The position numbers were made by a program, and so were the translations under genes. A stretch of 64,000 nt of DNA from a bacterium. GTDB lineage: Bacteria; Hinthialibacterota; Hinthialibacteria; Hinthialibacterales; Hinthialibacteraceae. The notes beneath the pieces were generated by a model that had not been told where the DNA came from, did no database searches, and saw only the letters and a list, made by a program, of their open reading frames with translations. The DNA is taken from contig CAXXMV010000003.1 in assembly GCA_963662285.2 (NCBI GenBank), forward strand, positions 224,001 to 288,000. Reading direction: 5' to 3'. How positions within the stretch are numbered: position 1 is the stretch's first letter; every line of letters begins with the position of its first letter. Below are positions 47,800 to 55,919 of the stretch, piece after piece.

Positions 47800-48051
47800 A
47801 TGAATATTTCTCTTACCCCGGAATTGGAAAAAATGGTTCAGCAAAAAGTCGCTGCAGGAATGTATGATTACGCCAACGAGGTTATACGGGATGCTTTGCG
47901 ATTACTCAACGAGCGTGATCAAATTCAAGAATTACGCTTAAAGGAACTTCAGAAAGATATAAAAAACGGGTTGGATAGCGGCGATCCTACTCCTTTTAAT
48001 ATAGAAGATGTAATTAACCGTGGTCAGAAACGTTGGGCGTCAAAAAAATAG
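47800..48051 (+). CDS. parD: ParD-family RHH antitoxin
   Basis: MNISLTPELEKMV..KV..G.Y..ANEVIRDALRLL...I..GLDSG. Confidence 0.9.
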   Translation: MNISLTPELEKMVQQKVAAGMYDYANEVIRDALRLLNERDQIQELRLKELQKDIKNGLDSGDPTPFNIEDVINRGQKRWASKK

Positions 48052-48066
48052 AAGGCTTAAAGGCCT

Positions 48067-48363
48067 ATGGCGATAACAATACTCAAGCGACCGCAAGCCG
48101 ATATAGATATTGATGAAACTGCGGACTATATCGCAGAAGATAATCCCGAAGCCGCTGTGCACTTTCTATGATTACTGGATGGAAAACTAAAAACTCTAGC
48201 CCAAAATCAATTGATATGTCGTTTACGTCCGGAATTATATACTAATTTACGGAGTTTTCCTTTTGGGAATTATGTCATTTTCTATCTTCCCATAGAAAAT
48301 GGAATAGACATTGTACGTTTTCTTCATTCATCCCGAGACATAGAGCCACTTTTCGATGTTTAA
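48067..48363 (+). pseudogene. parE: ParE-family toxin with an in-frame TGA at codon 35 (48169-48171); missing from the ORF track
   Basis: Manual translation MAITILKRPQADIDIDETADYIAEDNPEAAVHFL*LLDGKLKTLAQ...RPEL..NLRSFPFGNYVIFY...IDIVRFLHSSRDI. Confidence 0.88.
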
Positions 48364-48490
48364 ATGCAGTGAGCAAGGTGGACTGCTATTGTTGATAGAA
48401 AAGTTATGATAAATTAATATAATTTGAATAATACCAAGTGAAAACTTGTATCATCGTTGTTTTTTATATAATTTATAGAGGTGATATGTT

Positions 48491-49582
48491 GTGTCTATTA
48501 AAATTGTGAATATGATTTTTGCTTTATTTCTCCTGTCATCTTCCACTGTTTTTGGGTGTACTGCGTTTATATTGGATACAGAAAATGGACCAATATTAGC
48601 TCGGAATATGGATTTTTATTTCGGTGATGCTTATCTTATTGTCAATAAACGTGGAATACAAAAAAGAGCTTTGTTATTGAATTCTTCAGAAAAATCCAAT
48701 GGCGTAAAGTGGACATCAAAATATGGATGTATTACATTAAATCCGATATCCTATCAAATTCCTTGTGGGGGGATAAATGAAGCAGGATTGGTTGTTGTAG
48801 CTTTATATGATTTGATCAAAGAGCGTCCAAAACCTGACCAACGCACAGTAATAGATATCATTCAATGGATACAATACCAATTAGATAATCATAGAACGGT
48901 TGACGAGGTTATTGATTCAATATCAAAGATACGCATTTCAAATGAAACGTTTGATGCTCAGCTTCATTACTTGATCTGTGATTCAAAAGGGCGCCGAGCT
49001 GTTATAGAAATAATAGCAGGAAAGGAAATTGTTTACCGAAAAGAACAAATGCCTATAAGTGTTTTGGCAAATGCTAAATACCAGGAATCTCTAAAATATA
49101 TTAAGAAGAATGATATGATATTTGAATCGTATCAATCAACTAATGAACAAAGAATTACGCGTGCTCTACAAAAAGTGAATAATTATAATTCTTCAAAAGA
49201 TAAAGCTATTAAGTATGCGTTTCAGGCTCTAGATTTTGTGAAATACAATAGAAATAACCAAAAAACTTATTGGTCAGTAGTATATGATCCAGTAAAACAA
49301 AAAGTATATTTTAATAATAGGGATAATATGACAAAAGGAACACTCGATTTAAATTCCATCGATTTCAGTCAAGATTATCCTGAATACTTAGATACAATGA
49401 AGATTTATAATACTGATTTAAATTCTCAGTTAAGTAATTATGATTTCTCAACTCATGAAAACTTTACACGAAATATGATTACAAAGTATCTAAATTTGGG
49501 TACTTTTTTATCAATTAACAAAGATAATCTAGAAATTATAATTTCTAGGACATTTCCAATAATAAGTACTAAATGCGAATAA
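48491..49582 (+). CDS. Secreted linear amide C-N hydrolase (choloylglycine hydrolase / penicillin V acylase family)
   Basis: Signal peptide then nucleophile CTAF, ARNMD, GGINEAGL, WIQYQLD, LAN; very AT-rich. Confidence 0.87.
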   Translation: MSIKIVNMIFALFLLSSSTVFGCTAFILDTENGPILARNMDFYFGDAYLIVNKRGIQKRALLLNSSEKSNGVKWTSKYGCITLNPISYQIPCGGINEAGLVVVALYDLIKERPKPDQRTVIDIIQWIQYQLDNHRTVDEVIDSISKIRISNETFDAQLHYLICDSKGRRAVIEIIAGKEIVYRKEQMPISVLANAKYQESLKYIKKNDMIFESYQSTNEQRITRALQKVNNYNSSKDKAIKYAFQALDFVKYNRNNQKTYWSVVYDPVKQKVYFNNRDNMTKGTLDLNSIDFSQDYPEYLDTMKIYNTDLNSQLSNYDFSTHENFTRNMITKYLNLGTFLSINKDNLEIIISRTFPIISTKCE

Positions 49583-49660
49583 TTGTATTGTTTGAACTGG
49601 CTAAAAGCGATAGCACACCACACCACACCATTTTTCTCTGGTTTTCCAAAAATAAAATTC

Positions 49661-49689
49661 TTGCAAATATGTATCATATATGATACGAT
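49661..49689 (+). promoter_or_regulatory. TA promoter with overlapping 16-bp palindromic operator
   Basis: TTGCAA-17 nt-TACGAT; GTATCATATATGATAC at 49671-49686. Confidence 0.7.
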
Positions 49690-49694
49690 GGGTT

Positions 49695-50009
49695 ATGTAT
49701 GAAATAGTTCTATACCAAACCAAAAACGGAAAAGAGCCTTTAACGGTATGGTTAAGTGGTCTTGAGAAAAAAACCCGCAGCCGGATACGGGCTCGTATAT
49801 TAACTATCCAAGCCGAGAATTTGGGTGATTACAAGAGTGTTGGACAAGGTGTTTTTGAATTGCGTTTTTTCTTTGACGGCGGTATCCGCATTTACTTTGG
49901 AAAAGATGGAGGAAAAATCATCGTTTTGTTATGTGGAGGGGATAAAAGCACCCAAAAGCGAGACATAGAAACGGCAAAGAAATATTGGGAGGATTACAAA
50001 AATGGCTGA
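49695..50009 (+). CDS. RelE/HigB-like addiction module toxin (HI1419-type)
   Basis: GKEP...WL..L, NLGDYKSVG.GVFELR, RIYFG, LLCGGDKSTQ.RDI..AK.YW. Confidence 0.9.
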   Translation: MYEIVLYQTKNGKEPLTVWLSGLEKKTRSRIRARILTIQAENLGDYKSVGQGVFELRFFFDGGIRIYFGKDGGKIIVLLCGGDKSTQKRDIETAKKYWEDYKNG

Positions 50010-50334
50010 ACGAAAATTTAGAACATACGATAAATATCTAGAGGAACATTTCAAAGAGCATCCGGAAGAAGTTGACGACTTTTTGCAAGCGGCTTTAGAG
50101 GTCTATGAAGAAGAACAAGATCATACTGCATTGCTCTTGGCGCTTCGCCATGTAGTTAAGGCCAAGGGTGGAATGACGGAGTTAGCAAAAAAAACCGGTA
50201 TAGCCCGTGAAAACCTATATAGAATGTTGGCGCCCACAGGCAACCCAACAGTAAAAACTTTGCAAAGCATTTTAAATGCGTTTGGGTATGTGATTTCTTT
50301 CAAATCGATGACGATGAGTACTTCTCAAAGGTAA
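50002..50334 (+). CDS. HTH addiction module antidote protein (HI1420-type)
   Basis: ALRHVVKAKGGMTELAKKTGIARENLYRML...GNPT; overlaps the toxin stop. Confidence 0.9.
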   Translation: MAERKFRTYDKYLEEHFKEHPEEVDDFLQAALEVYEEEQDHTALLLALRHVVKAKGGMTELAKKTGIARENLYRMLAPTGNPTVKTLQSILNAFGYVISFKSMTMSTSQR

Positions 50335-50359
50335 ACTAATTTACCCAAAGTATCAGCCA

Positions 50360-50393
50360 GTAGGGTGGTCTAAAAGCGATAACGTAGCCCACC
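50360..50393 (+). repeat. Family A REP
   Basis: GTAGGGTGGTCTAAAAGCGATAACGTAGCCCACC. Confidence 0.8.
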
Positions 50394-50431
50394 ATTTACC
50401 ACCCAGGAATAAAATAATTTAAGGTAAAGAC

Positions 50432-51820
50432 ATGATAGATCGTAGACAATTTGTAGGAAGTGGATTATTAGGCCTTAGCGCATTGGGCGCTACAAACCTA
50501 AGCGCCACCGAATCATCCAAGACGTACAGAGAACATGAACGATTGATCCCGGTTGTCGAAGATGCGGATGTCATTGTATGCGGCGGCGGTCCGGCTGGAG
50601 TCGCAGCGGCATTGGCCGCAGCGCGAACCGGCGCATCAGTTCGCTTGATCGAAGTTAATGGATGCCTTGGGGGAATTTGGACAGCGGGATTGCTATGTTG
50701 GATTCTGGATACTAAAGACAAACCGGGAATTCTTGTGGAGATTATGGACGAACTTACCCGGCGCGGGGCTGGTTATCAGAACGGAACATCTACGCTTCCT
50801 TATGCGTATGATCCCGAAATTATGAAACTGATTTTGGAAGAACTTTGCATGGAAGCAGGAATAAATATACGTTTGCATACCCGCCTGGTCGACGCTGGAT
50901 TGGATGAAAACAAGCGCTTAAAGATTGCTGTCACTGAATCTAAATCAGGCCGCGAGGCCTGGCGGGGAAAGGTCTTTATAGATGCAACCGGAGATGGTGA
51001 CCTGGCTGCGCGGGCAGGCTGCAAATTCGATATGGGGCGGGAAGAAGATGGACATATGCAACCCTTCACTATGTTCGCTATGATCACCGGCGTGGACTAT
51101 GAAAATTTCAAAGAATTTGTTCGCGGTAAAGAAAAAGATCCTAGCGCAACCAAGCAACGCTTGTTTGATGAAATCAAACAAGGCGGACTATCGGTCTCTT
51201 ATCGAAAACCTGTCCTTTTTCGGATTTACGATGACCTCTATTGCCTGGGAATCAACCATGAATACGGATATTCCGGCATCGACGCCAATGATGTCACTCA
51301 AGCAACATTACATGCGCGAAAGGAAATTCACCAAGCCGTAAATGCTCTACGTTCGTTACAAGGGCGTTGGAAAAACTTGAAAGTGGTTGCAACGAATGAG
51401 CAAATCGGGATTCGAGAGGCTAGGCGCATACACGGTCATTATACGGTTTCGAGCAACGATCTACTTAATGGCGTCAGTCAAAAAGATTCCGTTTGCAAGG
51501 TGTATTTTGGAGTCGATGTCCACCCTCCGAAATTCAATGAGGGGAAAAATGCTTCATTCAATCTTGGCATCAAAAGCAAACCTTATGATATTCCACTACG
51601 AGCGCTGATTGCACGCGATGTGGATGGCTTGTTAACTGCAGGGCGATGCATCAGCGGTGATTTTATTGCACACTCCAGTTATCGAGTCACCGGAAATTCA
51701 GTAGCGCTGGGTCAGGCCGCAGGAGTAACAGCGGCGCTTGCCGTGCAGAGTGATTTGTTACCGCAGAATATTGCGTGGGAGAAAATTCAAAAAGGCATTG
51801 AAAAACTTAATGCTACTTAA
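50432..51820 (+). CDS. Tat-exported FAD-dependent oxidoreductase (FAD_oxidored family)
   Basis: DRRQFV Tat signal; CGGGPAG, FIDATGDGD, IGIREARRI, YDIPLRAL, AGRCIS. Confidence 0.9.
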   Translation: MIDRRQFVGSGLLGLSALGATNLSATESSKTYREHERLIPVVEDADVIVCGGGPAGVAAALAAARTGASVRLIEVNGCLGGIWTAGLLCWILDTKDKPGILVEIMDELTRRGAGYQNGTSTLPYAYDPEIMKLILEELCMEAGINIRLHTRLVDAGLDENKRLKIAVTESKSGREAWRGKVFIDATGDGDLAARAGCKFDMGREEDGHMQPFTMFAMITGVDYENFKEFVRGKEKDPSATKQRLFDEIKQGGLSVSYRKPVLFRIYDDLYCLGINHEYGYSGIDANDVTQATLHARKEIHQAVNALRSLQGRWKNLKVVATNEQIGIREARRIHGHYTVSSNDLLNGVSQKDSVCKVYFGVDVHPPKFNEGKNASFNLGIKSKPYDIPLRALIARDVDGLLTAGRCISGDFIAHSSYRVTGNSVALGQAAGVTAALAVQSDLLPQNIAWEKIQKGIEKLNAT

Positions 51821-51824
51821 CTCC

Positions 51825-51853
51825 GTAGGGTGGGTCGCGTTTTATGACCCACC
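51825..51853 (+). repeat. Family A REP
   Basis: GTAGGGTGGGTCGCGTTTTATGACCCACC. Confidence 0.87.
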
Positions 51854-51894
51854 GAATCAATCACTTTAAGTTGTTTTCAGTAGCCCACCATTTA

Positions 51895-52308
51895 CTATAT
51901 TGTTACTTTGGCTGTAACAACGTTATTCGGTTGAAATATAATCTTGCCTTTATATGGCATAATAGATTCAATATAAACATTAAGATCGATTTTGGAATCT
52001 TCAGGATTCTGATCATAATCAATATGTATGCTACATTCACCAACAAAGTTTGCATGAAAAGATTTTGTTTTGCCATTCTTTAAGAGTTTGATCTGGTATA
52101 TGGTTTCATGGTTTGAACCAAGAAATATTTGTATGTTCTCAATATCTTGTCCTGAATTATTCTCTACAGTGATACGGCACTTGTGGAGAAAACTGAACAT
52201 GTAAATCAGAAGAAATATCAATAGCCCGATAGATGCTATTATTAAAATCTGTCTCCATCCTCGATGAAGAAAATTGAAGATTAAAGCCAAAGTCGGGAAA
52301 TGTTTCAT
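51895..52308 (-). CDS. Small membrane-anchored hypothetical protein
   Basis: TM segment then beta-rich domain (ITVENNSGQDI); AAGGAA RBS. Confidence 0.6.
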   Translation of the reverse strand: MKHFPTLALIFNFLHRGWRQILIIASIGLLIFLLIYMFSFLHKCRITVENNSGQDIENIQIFLGSNHETIYQIKLLKNGKTKSFHANFVGECSIHIDYDQNPEDSKIDLNVYIESIMPYKGKIIFQPNNVVTAKVTI

Positions 52309-52344
52309 AGAGTATTCCTTTTTATTAGATACATGAGATAACAA

Positions 52345-52428
52345 GGTGGGCTACGCCGCTTCGCGGCTTTTAGCCCACCCTACTTTATAGTTTAATCCCG
52401 TAGGGTTGGTCGCGTATTATGACCCACT
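52345..52428. repeat. Divergent pair of family A REPs (minus 52345-52383; plus 52400-52428)
   Basis: GGTGGGCTACGCCGCTTCGCGGCTTTTAGCCCACCCTAC is the reverse complement of the 14594 unit; then GTAGGGTTGGTCGCGTATTATGACCCACT. Confidence 0.88.
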
Positions 52429-52445
52429 GAATCAACCTAATATCA

Positions 52446-54692
52446 TCAATGAATCATAAAATCACGAACGCCTGTTTTTTCCAAATGTTCAGGTGAATAA
52501 GATCGAAAACGTAAGGTTATGGAATGCTCGCCGGGTTGCGCATGGATGCGTAAAAAATCTTTAGCGTGGGGAGTTGGGATGTCCATTCCACTTTGAATGC
52601 TTTCTTCCCAGTTAACAACGGCGATTTCATCGAAATATGCGTATGCTTCACCATTAAGCGGTGGATCATGCCGCATAAAAATTCGCGTCGCGCGTGGATT
52701 GGCGGTTGAGTCTTCCAGGCCTTCGATATCATCCGGCATATGCATATCAGCCCATACCGGCGTCCATTCAAAATCACCGCCGGGATGCAATACCAGAGTT
52801 TCGGCGCCGTAATCCGCATCGCCGCTGCTGGCGTAGTAACGCGCGTATATCTCTATATTTCCAGCATTAACGCCTTTCATGTAACCATATAAAGATAATT
52901 TCTTGTTGGGATTACCTTCGGAGTCCCCCATAACCCGGATGCGGTTTCGGAATGGCATGAATGATGGGTCGCTGTTGTTCATATCCCGGTTACTGCACAG
53001 TGATGAGATTCCACGATATGAATCGGTGATCGTTACAAATCGGGAAATCCCCGATATATCCCATCGTTCCGCTTCAAATGACATGTCGTCGATGTCCCAA
53101 TCATCAAAATCTCCGAAATGAAGAATATCGCGTCCTAATTGAATCGTTGCGGACGGCGCATTGATATCAAATCCAGCGAGAGATTCATATTTCATGTTCC
53201 ATTCACGCAAATCGATGATAATTTCACCTGATTCAGGGACGCTGATTGTAAGATCAACCGTTCGGTCATCAGCGATTACATCTTTATTTTCCAGTGCAAT
53301 CCAGACTTGATTTTGATAGGGATACACTTGCAGGCCGTACCCATGTGAAAATTCACAGATGTGACGTAGAAAAACATCAGCCAACTGACCTGTGATGGGA
53401 CGCGGACGGTAATCCTCCAAATATATGGGAATTAAACGAATTTTCTGTACTTGGTCTCCATTCATATCCACACTTGCCAGTAAACCCAGCATGGTTTCCA
53501 ACCTATCCTGATCAAACGCGAAATTGCCCAGGCTATGAACGGTGATAATCCCATTGATAAGGCCAATGCCTTGCGCAACGTGAGGGTGATGACCAATCAC
53601 TAATGATGCGCCATTCTCTGCGACCAATTCCATACGTCCATAGGTATAATCTGTGGGTTGGTAGGTGTATTCCTGACCTCCATGCAATTGCGCTATGGGG
53701 ATGTATCCGGCGTCGATTTCACGCTGGATGGATGCGATAACCTCATCATCAAGGGTTAAGTCAGCGGCGCCGCCTTTTTGAGTTTCGGCGACATAGGAAA
53801 CAGGATGTTGCCGGCCCGTCACCGAGGTCATGGAGAGTAAGCCGAATAGCGATCCCCCAAGTGTTACGCGGTAAGCCTGAAAGGCTTCTTCGGATGTCAG
53901 CCCGGCGCCGCTATGCGGAATTCCTGATTCGTTTAGTGATTGGATGGTGTCAATAATGCCTGATTCTAAATAATCGTAGACATGATTGTTGCCCAGCGAG
54001 ACGTAATCGACGCCCAGCCACAACAAGGAGGGCAGTGAAGCAGGTAGACTGAAATACGCATAATCCTTTTGCATATGGGGAGTGATGGGATTATCAGTCA
54101 CAGGCGTTTCAAGATTTACGACTCCCCAATCCGCCGCTTGATAATAAGGTCGGATATACTCAAATAGACTCCGGCTTCCCGGATCAGGATTGGATGTCTT
54201 AATCAACGCATCGGGGTCATCAGGGGGAATCTGATCCAATGGCGTTGATTCATCGGCGTCGAGGAATCGGCGGGCGAATGAAGCATCGCCAGCGAAGAGA
54301 AAACGTACATCGCCTGTTTCCCGCATAGAAAGATAGATTGGATCAAGGGCGATGGTTTCTATATTGATATCTTGTGCGAGATGCACCGGTATAATCTCGT
54401 TATGATATCCAGTGATCGATACCGAAAGAAGGTCGTTTTTTCGCGAAAGCCCTTGGAATTCGAAGGCGCCTTGAGCATCGGCGTATTGCGTAGCCCCGGC
54501 AATAGAGACGGCCGCATTTTCCAACGGATCGCCATACAGATTTAGGACAGTACCGATGAGGCTGACCGGATGAACCAGAAATTCATCACGGGCGGATAAC
54601 TCCCAATTTGGGGGATCTTCAGCATATAATTGGTTTATGGGCATCAATTGCATAAAACAAAACGCCAAAAGATAGAGGTAAGAAAATTTCAT
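52446..54692 (-). CDS. Secreted CapA/PGA_cap metallophosphatase-fold protein with N-terminal carboxypeptidase-regulatory-like domain
   Basis: FAGD, VNLETP, LGNNHVYD, LHGGQEY, IGHHPHV, HSLGNF. Confidence 0.87.
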   Translation of the reverse strand: MKFSYLYLLAFCFMQLMPINQLYAEDPPNWELSARDEFLVHPVSLIGTVLNLYGDPLENAAVSIAGATQYADAQGAFEFQGLSRKNDLLSVSITGYHNEIIPVHLAQDINIETIALDPIYLSMRETGDVRFLFAGDASFARRFLDADESTPLDQIPPDDPDALIKTSNPDPGSRSLFEYIRPYYQAADWGVVNLETPVTDNPITPHMQKDYAYFSLPASLPSLLWLGVDYVSLGNNHVYDYLESGIIDTIQSLNESGIPHSGAGLTSEEAFQAYRVTLGGSLFGLLSMTSVTGRQHPVSYVAETQKGGAADLTLDDEVIASIQREIDAGYIPIAQLHGGQEYTYQPTDYTYGRMELVAENGASLVIGHHPHVAQGIGLINGIITVHSLGNFAFDQDRLETMLGLLASVDMNGDQVQKIRLIPIYLEDYRPRPITGQLADVFLRHICEFSHGYGLQVYPYQNQVWIALENKDVIADDRTVDLTISVPESGEIIIDLREWNMKYESLAGFDINAPSATIQLGRDILHFGDFDDWDIDDMSFEAERWDISGISRFVTITDSYRGISSLCSNRDMNNSDPSFMPFRNRIRVMGDSEGNPNKKLSLYGYMKGVNAGNIEIYARYYASSGDADYGAETLVLHPGGDFEWTPVWADMHMPDDIEGLEDSTANPRATRIFMRHDPPLNGEAYAYFDEIAVVNWEESIQSGMDIPTPHAKDFLRIHAQPGEHSITLRFRSYSPEHLEKTGVRDFMIH

Positions 54693-54694
54693 GA

Positions 54695-55342
54695 TTAATT
54701 TGTTTTTTCATCCTTCTGCTTCTCACCCCAAAGTTTTCTAAGCCGCTGGTCTCTACCGCAATTATAGCGGTAAGACCGATATCTTAGTGGATTCTTTTTG
54801 TAGTAATCCTGATGATATTCTTCCGCTTTATAGAATTCTCCGGCCTTTAGGATTTTGGTGACGACTGGTTTTTTCAGTTGTCCTGATTTTACGAGTTTAT
54901 CTTTGGATTGCTCTGCCAACTCTTTTTGCTCGTCGTTTAGATAAAAAATGGCGGTTGAGTATTCATGTCCCCGGTCGCAAAATTGCCCTTTGGCGTCTGT
55001 CGGATCAATGCACCGCCAAAATATATCCAGCAGTTTACTATATGAAATAACTGATGGATCATAAATGATCTGAACTACTTCTATATGCCCTGAACGGCCA
55101 TAGTTCTGGTAGGTTGGATTCTTATCTTTCCCCCCGGCGTAACCGGAAATCACCTCTTTAATTCCAGCAATTTTCTCTAAATCTGATTCCATGCACCAGA
55201 AACAGCCGCCCGCAACAATGGCTTTTTCAAGACTGGCTTTTTCGAGGTAGGTTTTTGGCGAACTCTGTTGGGCGAATGAATCCGTTGATAAAAACTGTCC
55301 GAATAAAAATATTGAGATAATGAACAATGAAATTTTTCTCAT
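54695..55342 (-). CDS. msrA: Exported peptide-methionine (S)-S-oxide reductase
   Basis: AGGCFWCME, SGYAGG, GHIEVVQ, GQFCDRG, FYKAEEYHQDY; signal peptide. Confidence 0.95.
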   Translation of the reverse strand: MRKISLFIISIFLFGQFLSTDSFAQQSSPKTYLEKASLEKAIVAGGCFWCMESDLEKIAGIKEVISGYAGGKDKNPTYQNYGRSGHIEVVQIIYDPSVISYSKLLDIFWRCIDPTDAKGQFCDRGHEYSTAIFYLNDEQKELAEQSKDKLVKSGQLKKPVVTKILKAGEFYKAEEYHQDYYKKNPLRYRSYRYNCGRDQRLRKLWGEKQKDEKTN

Positions 55343-55460
55343 GATAGATCACCTTTCAGATAGGCTGTATTACAATAAACATAGCATCTTTTATTGGTTA
55401 TGTAGTTATCTAAGTTTTCCGATCATGTTGTTCAATGATTATGGTGAAAAGTCTGATTAA

Positions 55461-55494
55461 GTGGGTTACATGACTTGCGTCATAGCAGCCCATC
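55461..55494 (-). repeat. Diverged family A-like palindrome on the minus strand
   Basis: Minus strand GATGGGCTGCTATGACGCAAGTCATGTAACCCAC mirrors GATGGGCT...stem-loop...GTAGCCCAC. Confidence 0.5.
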
Positions 55495-55500
55495 AGAATT

Positions 55501-55836
55501 CTAGGGCGTCGAATCATTCTTATCTGGATTATAAAGTTTTAATTTGGAAGGTTTTATGGAAAAGTATGTTGCAAAGAAGAGCGCTAGCATGAAAATATTG
55601 GATATCTTGAAATCTACAAAAAACAATGAAATAAGCATTAAACCCAGGTTGACTCTAAACAGATTAATAAAAATATGATGAAAATTTCTGGTTATCCAAG
55701 TCGGTATGTATTCCCGGTCAAGAAAAGAAAAATAGGTTCTTACTAAAGTTTCTAAGAATATCCATATGATAACCAGGAAATAGCAGGATAATAATAGTAA
55801 TACCGGACTCAAAGCTAAAAACTCTAGAAATGTCAT
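55501..55836 (-). CDS. Small hypothetical membrane protein
   Basis: 111-aa hydrophobic ORF with AAGGA RBS. Confidence 0.5.
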   Translation of the reverse strand: MTFLEFLALSPVLLLLSCYFLVIIWIFLETLVRTYFSFLDREYIPTWITRNFHHIFINLFRVNLGLMLISLFFVDFKISNIFMLALFFATYFSIKPSKLKLYNPDKNDSTP

Positions 55837-55919
55837 TAGATATTTCCTTTTTAGAAATGGTTGTTTTTATAATTACATATCTTATCATCATAATATAGAT
55901 TAATGTATATATATTGCGA

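Noticed and set aside
48169-48171. Selenocysteine or alternative-code readthrough of the parE TGA
   Set aside because: Not a Cys-type position, no SECIS-like hairpin follows, and TGA terminates many other genes here.
44400-52450. Classical integron cassette array
   Set aside because: No RYYYAAC...GTTRRRY attC structures or tyrosine integrase were seen, and genes lie on both strands.
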